DNA of 64,000 nt. Origin: a virus. Below, in pieces: positions 30,781 to 38,567 of this stretch. The stretch is taken from positions 82,089-146,088 of IMG/VR virus record IMGVR_UViG_3300045988_119573. One strand, written 5' to 3'. A model generated the notes under the pieces. That model saw only the letters and a program-made list of their open reading frames with translations, searched no databases and was not told the origin of the DNA. Made by a program: the position numbers and the translations under genes. How positions within the stretch are numbered: the first letter of the stretch is position 1; each line of letters begins with the position of its first letter.

Positions 30781-31811
30781 ACTGCCACCTTACCTTTCTT
30801 GCTAAAATGTTCATTCCATGCATCGACCGCTTCTTGCTGATCAGCGGTTAGAGGATCATTGAATCTTTGCAGCGCTTGTACGATTCGTCCATTTTGTATT
30901 TCAATCGTCACTAACGATTTGTCTGGTTCTTTTACTCTTCTTAAGAACATAATGTGGCATTCGCCATCAATGACTCGATCTATGTAACTTGCCACACAAT
31001 TATTCTGCTGTACCGCTTCGTCTTTAATATCTTGAGTGGAGTCTGGATAAAAGAATCTCAGTCCTTTATATGTAAATTCGTATTCTTTATTAATACGGCT
31101 CTTAAAGACTTCTTCCGAAAATTCTTTTTGTAATCTTTTGTAATTTCTTGTGACAATATCCATTGTTGTTTTGAAATGTCTTGGATATCTATCAAATTTG
31201 TGACTGATTGCGTCCATCATACGGGCATAATCACGCAATTCTCTGAGCAACCAATTTATACTATTGGTAGCAGCTTCAAATGTAATTATTCTATCTATAT
31301 AAACAAACACATCTGCAAGATTATAGCCATAATCCTGATTTAAAGCCTCCAAAATTTTTGTGAAACGATATCTATGATTATCCTCGAAGAAATTTATTAA
31401 ATATTCTTTAGTTAATGTCATATACTCTGTCTGCAAAATCGTTTGTACATAATCTGGATACATCTTATAAAAATCAACAAAATCATTACTTAACAATCGT
31501 CTATTCTTCACACCAAGACAATAATTCCTTAACCATTTTGGTACTTCATTGATTGAATATTTAAAATCTTCTGTGACTTGTTTATGTGTAAATCCTATAG
31601 CAAAGAACTGCTCACATACCGAATATTTACTTGCATATTTAAACAATGTTCCTAAATTATAATCAATGAAGCCCCATGTAGTTCTTCCCATTTCACAATT
31701 TTTTCGCCAGTTTACATATTTTAAAAACTCTGCATAATGTGGATCGGACACAAATAATTTATCCAATTCATCAGCCGAATGCCCAGACAGAATATTATTT
31801 AAAGCTTTCAC
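30777..31811 (-). CDS. PcfJ-like protein (tentative)
   Basis: C-terminal NCVASYIDRVIDGECHIMFLR...TIEI resembles the conserved PcfJ C-terminal (HCVGSY...) region; GTG start. Confidence 0.4.
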   Translation of the reverse strand: MKALNNILSGHSADELDKLFVSDPHYAEFLKYVNWRKNCEMGRTTWGFIDYNLGTLFKYASKYSVCEQFFAIGFTHKQVTEDFKYSINEVPKWLRNYCLGVKNRRLLSNDFVDFYKMYPDYVQTILQTEYMTLTKEYLINFFEDNHRYRFTKILEALNQDYGYNLADVFVYIDRIITFEAATNSINWLLRELRDYARMMDAISHKFDRYPRHFKTTMDIVTRNYKRLQKEFSEEVFKSRINKEYEFTYKGLRFFYPDSTQDIKDEAVQQNNCVASYIDRVIDGECHIMFLRRVKEPDKSLVTIEIQNGRIVQALQRFNDPLTADQQEAVDAWNEHFSKKGKVAV

Positions 31812-31972
31812 TTTCTTACCACTTTTGCCATAGCAATCACCATTTGATAAATCATATTTGCAAGTTTTACCATCATCCAGATGGAAAATAATAAACTTGC
31901 CTTGTTTTTCTGCCGTGATAATGTTTCAACTCCTTTCATTTCGCCTCAAATTCCTATTTTATATCATTGCAT

Positions 31973-32446
31973 TTACACCCATGCTCGAATACTACTATGA
32001 TTCATCCTGAGATAAAAGTCATATATATATGTACATAATTTTTTCTCATCGTCAAATATCTTGTCAGACATTTGCACCCACCAAGCATGCAATCTTTTCT
32101 TTTCTGTATTCAAAATCAGTACAGGAATATGACGTTCATATGCAATTGCAATCTCCATAGATGTACCAATGCTCTTCGGATCATTCGCATTTACCACAAC
32201 AAGATCACTATTTCTAACAAAATTTGTATCAAATCTCATTACTTCTTTTTCTGTATCATGTAACTCTGTTTGAAAATTGTAATAATCAACGGGGTTAATA
32301 ATGTTGACTTCTTTCATATTAACATTAAGTATTCTACGCATAGCAATAATTTGATTGCAAATTCTTTCTCTCCAAGTATTCTGCTCTTCAAATGATAAAT
32401 CCTGCATACCGCCTGCAAGATAAATCTGAAATACATTATTTTGCAT
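31973..32446 (-). CDS. Nucleoside 2-deoxyribosyltransferase-fold protein (NDT/Rcl-like)
   Basis: IYLAGGM (NDT YLAGP.F-like) near the N-terminus and GTSMEIAIAYERHIPVL (GT..E.G catalytic-Glu motif). Confidence 0.5.
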   Translation of the reverse strand: MQNNVFQIYLAGGMQDLSFEEQNTWRERICNQIIAMRRILNVNMKEVNIINPVDYYNFQTELHDTEKEVMRFDTNFVRNSDLVVVNANDPKSIGTSMEIAIAYERHIPVLILNTEKKRLHAWWVQMSDKIFDDEKKLCTYIYDFYLRMNHSSIRAWV

Positions 32447-32774
32447 TTAATTTCTCCTCCACTTTCTTTGTTAAATAATCCAAAATATCTTTATCTGTTT
32501 TAAATGCCTGAGTATCTTTCATAATCCTCTCAGCACTTAGAATACATTGATTCATCTTTTTAAAATTATCCACTGTAATATGTGAGAAGAATCTGGAATC
32601 TTCTTCGACAGAGGCAGGATTCTCACCTATCTTTGTATAATGAAATTCTTCACAGATCAGTAGCATATCTTTACTACTTGGAAATCCACCCATTCTAAAT
32701 GAAAAATTAACTACATGTTGAATTACTTTTGGATTACATTTACTCTGCCAAAAATCTCCAATATGTACATCCAT
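32436..32774 (-). CDS. Hypothetical protein
   Basis: 112-aa ORF. Confidence 0.4.
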   Translation of the reverse strand: MDVHIGDFWQSKCNPKVIQHVVNFSFRMGGFPSSKDMLLICEEFHYTKIGENPASVEEDSRFFSHITVDNFKKMNQCILSAERIMKDTQAFKTDKDILDYLTKKVEEKLNAK

Positions 32775-33316
32775 TATTTCATTTCTCCTTTCACAACATA
32801 TGACTCAATCAATCCTTTCCTTAGTCGATCATTCATATCCTGAATCGCTTCCTCGATTGTTTTAAATTTACATGAACAAATATGCTCTTTTGTCAAATTA
32901 ACAAATGAATATGTACCATCGGCTTTATTCTTAAAAATAACAACTACTGATTCTTCTCCATTCGGCTTCTTAACGATGAATCTGAGCGCACCTTTTTGTG
33001 TTTCCTTTTTGTTTTCAAGTAAGATAGTATAATTGATTTTTAACCAGCTACCAGCTGCCCATACTTGTTTAATTTTTTCTTCAGCATTTTGAAGTCTACA
33101 ATGTCTATAATCAATACTCTCGATATTATAAACAAGTGATTCAATGGCTTGTTTATCATTTTTTATTGTAATTTGACCATGCGTTCCATTTCTTCCATCT
33201 GCAATCGCATCAATAAATTCTTCTACAGTATACTCTTTATCAAGCACAACATCATATTTAGTATATTTATCGTTACCAGAACGTGGGCGTTTTATTAATT
33301 TAAACATCTCTGCCAC
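32774..33316 (-). CDS. Hypothetical protein
   Basis: 180-aa ORF. Confidence 0.4.
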   Translation of the reverse strand: MAEMFKLIKRPRSGNDKYTKYDVVLDKEYTVEEFIDAIADGRNGTHGQITIKNDKQAIESLVYNIESIDYRHCRLQNAEEKIKQVWAAGSWLKINYTILLENKKETQKGALRFIVKKPNGEESVVVIFKNKADGTYSFVNLTKEHICSCKFKTIEEAIQDMNDRLRKGLIESYVVKGEMK

Positions 33317-33569
33317 CTACTTTCTTATCAAATGTTTCTTGCAAATTTAACCAGAACTGTCCATCATCAGCAAACCCATAATGGTCTGCCATTGTTTTCG
33401 CAAATTCTTTTGTAACACTTTGTGATCCGTTAATCAGCCCTTGCACATAATCAACATCTATGCCAATTTTACTCGCAAGCTGATAAGGAGTCATCCTGCA
33501 AGATTCAACAAATTCTTCTAAGCATTCGCCAGGATGAAAAGCAATTTCGTCTCCAATCTTTATATACAT
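33300..33569 (-). CDS. HigA-like HTH (XRE-family) antitoxin-type DNA-binding protein
   Basis: FHPGECLEEFVESCRMTPYQLASKIGIDVDYVQGLINGSQSVTKEFAKTMADHYG...FWLNLQ matches the HigA/VapI pattern (IHPGE...LA..LGVS...LV.G...I...A.RL...G.S..FWLNLQ). Confidence 0.65.
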   Translation of the reverse strand: MYIKIGDEIAFHPGECLEEFVESCRMTPYQLASKIGIDVDYVQGLINGSQSVTKEFAKTMADHYGFADDGQFWLNLQETFDKKVGGRDV

Positions 33570-33571
33570 TT

Positions 33572-34405
33572 TTACACCATTCCTCTCACAATTCGTTCAT
33601 TTGTTGTCATCAAGAAGTTATTGATACGATCCCAGTCTGGTTCGTCTGGCAAATCAGTATTCATATAATCATAATCAAATTGATAAAGTAATCCTTCAAT
33701 AAAAACATCGTATGACTGATTTGGGAAATATTCTGTATGCTCATTGTGTTTGCCAAATCTATATGTTTTATGCGTACTATTGTACCCTTCTTTGATCTTT
33801 ACAAGATCTTTTCCTATGTCATCCATAGATCCAAACATTGTTCCGTTATGTAATAATTCAATACCCTGTAACAATAATCGAACTGCGTGCATCATTGATT
33901 TATTAGCGTATCGTTCCGCCTTTTGCTTTTCTTTCTCTGAATCTTTATTTTTATAATACTTAAAACTCGTTCGAGTCAGGCAATCACATATATATCCTTT
34001 ATATGCATGATAAACTCTCTTAGATAAAAACATATCTCTATTTTTGATCAGTTCCATACCAATATCAGATATATATAAATAGCGGTCTGGTGCAAAATAT
34101 AACAGCTCTAAAAACGTAGGATTACCCTTTGCAAGCATATTGATCATCTTAATATGCGAATGTAACACAGTATCAACATCTTTATGATCGTCTGTCTTTT
34201 CAAGATTATTTGGATTATTATTCAACAAAATCTCTCTTTTATCACTAAGAAAAACACCACGTAAATCAATGTCAGAATCCTCTGTGTTTGTTCCGTAGGC
34301 ATAACTTCCACCTAACGTGAGAAAAGCGATTTTGTGTGGATAATCTCGCAAAAAGTCATACTCTGTAGACGAGTTTATGTAATCCTTTATTTCTTCAATT
34401 GTCAT
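33572..34405 (-). CDS. Pol-beta-superfamily nucleotidyltransferase (PF10127-like or CD-NTase-like; not resolved)
   Basis: GGSYAYGTNTEDSDIDLRGVF (GS-x9-Dh[DE]h), with a downstream DVDTV. Start revised to MTIEEIK at 34405 (AAGAGGTGA RBS), which removes the 77-nt overlap with the sigma gene. Confidence 0.55.
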   Translation of the reverse strand: MTIEEIKDYINSSTEYDFLRDYPHKIAFLTLGGSYAYGTNTEDSDIDLRGVFLSDKREILLNNNPNNLEKTDDHKDVDTVLHSHIKMINMLAKGNPTFLELLYFAPDRYLYISDIGMELIKNRDMFLSKRVYHAYKGYICDCLTRTSFKYYKNKDSEKEKQKAERYANKSMMHAVRLLLQGIELLHNGTMFGSMDDIGKDLVKIKEGYNSTHKTYRFGKHNEHTEYFPNQSYDVFIEGLLYQFDYDYMNTDLPDEPDWDRINNFLMTTNERIVRGMV

Positions 34406-34418
34406 GGTCTCACCTCTT

Positions 34419-34952
34419 TTATCCACATAATGCTTTCTTAAACTGTACAATATTTTGACTAACCCACTGATGAGTGATTCCAAGCTGACTTGCAATTTGT
34501 CTTTGTGTTAAACCTTTCTGCTTTAACGTGATAATCTTTTTATTTCTCGGTGCCAATTTATCAAACTCATTTTGAAAATGTACCTTTGTAAGCACCTCAT
34601 CCTCTACATTATCTTTACTCATCAGTGTTGTTCCGATTGTAATATCATCTTCTGGTTCGTATCCTGCCAATGGCGTATCTAACGATTCGGCATTTCTATT
34701 CATTTTTTCTGTTGGTCTATGCCATTTTGCATAATATTGATTTACCTCTGTTTGCAATACCCACCGAAAGAAAGTACCAAAAGTTCCTTTTGACTCATCC
34801 CATTTTAATGCTGCTTTGCAGATTGCCATACGACCAAGATCCATATATGTATCAAAATCTGTAAACTTTGTAAAATATTTTTCATGTAAATGCCAAATCA
34901 AAGAATAATTATCTTCAATCAGCTTTCGCTGTTCATCATTTAGTTTCTTCAC
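34419..34952 (-). CDS. Phage RNA polymerase sigma factor (paralog of 27489..28031)
   Basis: Same N-terminal MKKLNDEQRKLIE as 27489's MSLKLNDEQRKLVE; region-4 HTH LTQRQIASQLGITHQWVSQNIVQFKK. Confidence 0.7.
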   Translation of the reverse strand: MKKLNDEQRKLIEDNYSLIWHLHEKYFTKFTDFDTYMDLGRMAICKAALKWDESKGTFGTFFRWVLQTEVNQYYAKWHRPTEKMNRNAESLDTPLAGYEPEDDITIGTTLMSKDNVEDEVLTKVHFQNEFDKLAPRNKKIITLKQKGLTQRQIASQLGITHQWVSQNIVQFKKALCG

Positions 34953-35721
34953 ATTTCTTAGCCTCCTGTTCTTTAATGAATTTTTGTACTTCCTCTACAT
35001 AACTTAATTCAAAATATCTTTCAATATACCCGCCCATTGGAACTCCAGTATATTTAAAATTAGGAATAGTTTCTTCTAGTTGACCACAAACCTCAGATCT
35101 AAATGTGTTTGTATATTTTTTCAAATCATTCATGGAATATGTTTGTTTAAAATATTGCATATCAAGAGTGTTAAATAGTCTCCATAAAAAACTACTATTT
35201 CTATACTTTGTTAACTTACTGTCACGCAATACATCCATAAAATCTCTCATAAATCGGATTATCTTATCAACATCTTTTGATGCTAATTCAAATACTAAAT
35301 TTTTTGATTCATCATAATATGTATAATCATCATATTTCGTATTTGAATAAATCTTGTATACCTCATTTTCGCCTGATAGATTTGCTGATATATTATCAAC
35401 ACTCAAAACTTTGCCATTTTTCATAACTATTTCATTGCTACACAATATCGCAGGAGATGTTATAGAAAACTTATCCAATAAAACATATTGAGGGCTAAGA
35501 TTAAAATGTGGATTATGATCGTCAAAATTACAAAACATCTCCGCTAACTCAATCCGATCCTTATTTCTCAATGAATTAATTTCTGTCCATTCATCACCAA
35601 GACAAATACCACGTACTGTTTTTAAAATCCTTTTCCCATAAATTTCTACATCGGCTTCCCAATCTGGATCTCTGCTTTTACTAAAAGCACGTTCAATTTC
35701 TCTTGTATTTTTCTTTGACAT
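34936..35721 (-). CDS. Hypothetical protein
   Basis: 261-aa ORF. Confidence 0.4.
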   Translation of the reverse strand: MSKKNTREIERAFSKSRDPDWEADVEIYGKRILKTVRGICLGDEWTEINSLRNKDRIELAEMFCNFDDHNPHFNLSPQYVLLDKFSITSPAILCSNEIVMKNGKVLSVDNISANLSGENEVYKIYSNTKYDDYTYYDESKNLVFELASKDVDKIIRFMRDFMDVLRDSKLTKYRNSSFLWRLFNTLDMQYFKQTYSMNDLKKYTNTFRSEVCGQLEETIPNFKYTGVPMGGYIERYFELSYVEEVQKFIKEQEAKKCEETK

Positions 35722-35724
35722 ACA

Positions 35725-36678
35725 TCACACTCCTAACACATATTTCTCACTTCTAAATCCAGCTGCATTCGGATGACCGCCACCACCATATTTCACAGCA
35801 AGCTCATACACATTTACTTTATCCTGTTCTGCGGATCGCAACTGATATTCCCACATACTTCCATTGAACGAAAAACCAATGAACATATCATATTTAGAAG
35901 CATCAATAGATTCAAAGAAATCAGAATTGATTAATGCTCGGTTGATTGCATAGACTTTATGTCCCTCAAATATGGTTTCAAAACCATATGCTCTAAGATA
36001 TTGTTCTGCATTTGCTGCTAAATACTCAATAATTGATAAGCCATCTGCTATCATATCACCAATAATTTTTGCTGCTTCATAAATTCCTTGATCTTTATTT
36101 AACGTGTTTAGCAATGGACTTAACGCATCAAAATCATACGATTCAAATGCATAGTGAAATGCTTTTACGAATTGTTTTGACGTTTCACCAAAATAAAATG
36201 TATCCCACATGGCTGTATATTCTGCCAGTTTTGGATAATCTGCTTTATATTTATATATATTGAGTAATCTTTTTACATTTTTCTCATCCGTCCTCTCAAT
36301 TTGCTCCCAATTTTCATCACACATATATTTAAAATATAACCATGTCAAATTCGCTCCTGAAATACCCGCTCCAGTAATTCTGATTCCTTTTACATCACAC
36401 TTGAAATCTTTATACGCTTCAATCGTAGACTGATGATGGTCGATCCAAAATACATTCTTTGTAATACTGAGCAACTGCCACATCTCTTCTGGCTCAATAC
36501 TGTAGTCTACAATAAACACAAATTCATCCTGCTCAATGTCATGAAACGGGAATTTCATACCGTAATTAATTTTTCGGAAGTCCTCTGGTTCAAATGCTAA
36601 ACCTCGCTGTTCACAAGCTTTTCTGACGTAGAATCCAGACACGATTCCGTCTTGATCAACATGATAAAAACACTTCAT
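35725..36678 (-). CDS. DHH/DHHA1 phosphoesterase (NrnA-like nanoRNase / pAp or cyclic-nucleotide phosphodiesterase family)
   Basis: HVDQDGIVSG (motif I/II), FVFIVDYS, WIDHHQ (DHH), C-terminal GGGGHPNAAGF (DHHA1 GGGH..AAG). Confidence 0.7.
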   Translation of the reverse strand: MKCFYHVDQDGIVSGFYVRKACEQRGLAFEPEDFRKINYGMKFPFHDIEQDEFVFIVDYSIEPEEMWQLLSITKNVFWIDHHQSTIEAYKDFKCDVKGIRITGAGISGANLTWLYFKYMCDENWEQIERTDEKNVKRLLNIYKYKADYPKLAEYTAMWDTFYFGETSKQFVKAFHYAFESYDFDALSPLLNTLNKDQGIYEAAKIIGDMIADGLSIIEYLAANAEQYLRAYGFETIFEGHKVYAINRALINSDFFESIDASKYDMFIGFSFNGSMWEYQLRSAEQDKVNVYELAVKYGGGGHPNAAGFRSEKYVLGV

Positions 36679-36962
36679 TATTTTTCCTCCTTTATCTGCT
36701 CACCTTTATTAATTGACTCAACATATATTTCCCAGTCATCTGCATATACATCTTCCGCAAGAGGTATCCAAACTTCTGCGTTTTCTTTGTCAAATAAAAA
36801 AATAATTGAATCTGGCTTATATTCACCCATATCATTACACTCAAAATAAACATTAGTTAATTCTGACGAATAAATTTTCAAATACTTTTCCTTTCCCCAA
36901 ATGCCTCTTCTTATAGTAGTTTTGTCTTTTTTTATTGCAGTCATTGCTTTTATAAAATTCAA
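36678..36962 (-). CDS. Hypothetical protein
   Basis: 94-aa ORF. Confidence 0.4.
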   Translation of the reverse strand: MNFIKAMTAIKKDKTTIRRGIWGKEKYLKIYSSELTNVYFECNDMGEYKPDSIIFLFDKENAEVWIPLAEDVYADDWEIYVESINKGEQIKEEK

Positions 36963-36970
36963 TTAATTAC

Positions 36971-37282
36971 TCACCTCTTCCTTTTACTGTTAAAATCCCA
37001 TCCTTGCTCAACCCAATCATTTGCGAAAATATCCTCTTGTGTAGGCAACCATCCCAATGTTATAACTCCATTTTGGTCTCTACATAAGAGTGGTTTCATT
37101 TTATATTTTTTATCAAATGGAATAATCTCATTTAATTCTTCTTCGCACATCATAAACACATAATCATAAGTTGTTCGTGTCTTCTTCCACGAACTACGAC
37201 GATACAATTGTCTTGGATTAATTTCCATATTTTGCATCATCATTTCAAACGACATTCCTTGTTTCTTTTTTGCCATTGGCAT
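36971..37282 (-). CDS. Hypothetical protein
   Basis: 103-aa ORF. Confidence 0.4.
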   Translation of the reverse strand: MPMAKKKQGMSFEMMMQNMEINPRQLYRRSSWKKTRTTYDYVFMMCEEELNEIIPFDKKYKMKPLLCRDQNGVITLGWLPTQEDIFANDWVEQGWDFNSKRKR

Positions 37283-37587
37283 TATTTCTCCTTTACAATC
37301 TTAACTTTATAACCAAGTTCCTTTTCAATTTCTGCAACCGTCATTTCTTTTGGCGGTGATAAACTCATATTTAAACTATCAATATCAGATTCCATATTCC
37401 AAACGCTTCTGTAGATCAATCGTCCCGTCAAAATACAAATTGCTTTCTTAACTTCGTCTGCCGTCGGTGGATAATGATCTAATGATGAAATAATATGTTT
37501 GTAATTTTCTTCATTCAATAAAACACGTTTAGAATCGAGGGATGTATTCTCTTCTTCCCGTGATTCAATATATAAGAAGTTGTTCAT
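37282..37587 (-). CDS. Hypothetical protein
   Basis: 101-aa ORF; RBS AAGGAGAG; its start overlaps the stop of the upstream small ORF (TAATG). Confidence 0.4.
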   Translation of the reverse strand: MNNFLYIESREEENTSLDSKRVLLNEENYKHIISSLDHYPPTADEVKKAICILTGRLIYRSVWNMESDIDSLNMSLSPPKEMTVAEIEKELGYKVKIVKEK

Positions 37588-37754
37588 TATATCTCTCCTT
37601 TCTCAATTTCTTCTTTAATAATTCTATATGCAAGAGCCTCATCAGACTCTTTGTCATTAATTCCATTTCTTTCTAACAGCCTGTCCAATTCACTGGGACT
37701 CAGCCGATCAAAGAATCGTTTTATTTCCTGTTTACGTTGCCGTCTTGTTTTCAT
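37588..37754 (-). CDS. Small basic ORF (55 aa, MKTRRQRKQEIKRFFDRLSPSELDRLLERNG...)
   Basis: Not in the track (<60 aa). ATG 20 nt downstream of the last degenerate CRISPR repeat; stop overlaps the next gene's ATG, suggesting translational coupling. Confidence 0.3.
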
Positions 37755-37774
37755 TTTTGTTTAAATTCCTTTAG

Positions 37775-37872
37775 GTTTTTGTTATTTTTTTTTATAATTG
37801 CCAAACACATTCGATAAATCAAGGGTAAATGTGTTGGTTTTGTACCTATGTTATTTTTTATAGTTGTCAAAC
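37775..37872 (-). CRISPR. Mini-CRISPR array 1: degenerate 32-nt repeat, 30-nt spacer, 36-nt repeat variant A'
   Basis: GTTTTTGTTATTTTTTTTTATAATTGCCAAAC | acattcgataaatcaagggtaaatgtgttg | GTTTTGTACCTATGTTATTTTTTATAGTTGTCAAAC. Strand not established; assigned here to match cas12f. Confidence 0.6.
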
Positions 37873-38013
37873 ATCAAATAACATAAATCCGACAATATAA
37901 CATAGATTTTAGTGAGTGCTATAGTAAGCCTCACTTTTGGCGTACTCAATATTATTTGAGCAGAATATTTTATATACTCCCAAAACACACCAAATATTTT
38001 AAAATTTTATTAA
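37873..38013 (-). ncRNA. tracrRNA-like module 1 (anti-repeat + conserved hairpin + CCCAAAACACACC motif)
   Basis: GACAATATAACATAG is complementary to repeat A' (CTATGTTAT...TTGTC); hairpin AGTGAG-N13-CTCACT followed by TTTTGG; motif CCCAAAACACACCAAATATTTTAA. Confidence 0.4.
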
Positions 38014-38183
38014 GTTTATGATGTAAAATTAATTAGGCATCAAACTACATTTTTGCATTTTTTCTTTAATTGCTTCTGCCGTTTTGTACCTATGTAAAAT
38101 TAATTAGGTATCAAACAAAGCATTAGCAGAAGAAAGAGGCTTGCACAGTTTTGTACCTATGTAAAATTAATTAGGTATCAAAC
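38014..38183 (-). CRISPR. Mini-CRISPR array 2: truncated repeat, 35-nt spacer, repeat A, 31-nt spacer, repeat A
   Basis: Two identical 36-nt repeats GTTTTGTACCTATGTAAAATTAATTAGGTATCAAAC (38081..38116, 38148..38183) plus a truncated copy ...ATGTAAAATTAATTAGGCATCAAAC; spacers tacatttttgcattttttctttaattgcttctgcc and aaagcattagcagaagaaagaggcttgcaca. Confidence 0.7.
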
Positions 38184-38318
38184 CTCAAATTCTTTTGTCC
38201 AATTTTGTTACCTAATTTACATAGATTTTAGTGAGTACCTTACGATCTCACTTTTGGCATAGCCACAACTCTGTGACCAGAAATTTTAATTGGAATAAAA
38301 TTTCCCAAAACATGCCAT
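38184..38318 (-). ncRNA. tracrRNA-like module 2
   Basis: TTACCTAATTTACATAG is complementary to repeat A (CTATGTAAA[ATTAA]TTAGGTAA: 16/17 pairing with a 5-nt bulge); hairpin AGTGAG-N11-CTCACT plus TTTTGG; degenerate CCCAAAACA motif. Confidence 0.45.
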
Positions 38319-38420
38319 GTATTTTATTTGTGTAATTTTTTATGGTTCTCAAACACCCATGCACTGGATCAGCGAGCCAAGATCGTTTTGTATTTGTGTA
38401 ATTTTTTATGGTTCTCAAAC
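38319..38420 (-). CRISPR. Mini-CRISPR array 3: repeat B', 30-nt spacer, repeat B
   Basis: GTATTTTATTTGTGTAATTTTTTATGGTTCTCAAAC | acccatgcactggatcagcgagccaagatc | GTTTTGTATTTGTGTAATTTTTTATGGTTCTCAAAC. Confidence 0.65.
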
Positions 38421-38567
38421 CTCAAATCTTAATTATGTATACAATACAAAACTTTACGTTCTGCTTCATTACACAAATTTTAGTGAGTGATTTCTCCTCA
38501 CTTTTGGCGTAACCATTTTATTTATGGCTGAGGGAGTACCGAACTCCCCCCAAAACACACCAAATAT
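38421..38567 (-). ncRNA. tracrRNA-like module 3 (its 3' part overlaps the cas12f stop codon)
   Basis: CATTACACAAAT is complementary to repeat B (ATTTGTGTAAT; 11-13 nt); hairpin AGTGAG-N9-CTCACT plus TTTTGG; extra GGGAG-TACCGAA-CTCCC hairpin; motif CCCCAAAACACACCAAATATTTAA ends at the cas12f TAA. Confidence 0.4.

Noticed and set aside
37775-38420. Repeats as RNA anti-CRISPR (Racr) decoys or relics of a degraded array
   Set aside because: An intact, apparently catalytic Cas12f-like gene is adjacent, and three units maintain repeat/anti-repeat complementarity. Decoys would not need cognate tracr-like partners. The idea remains a formal alternative
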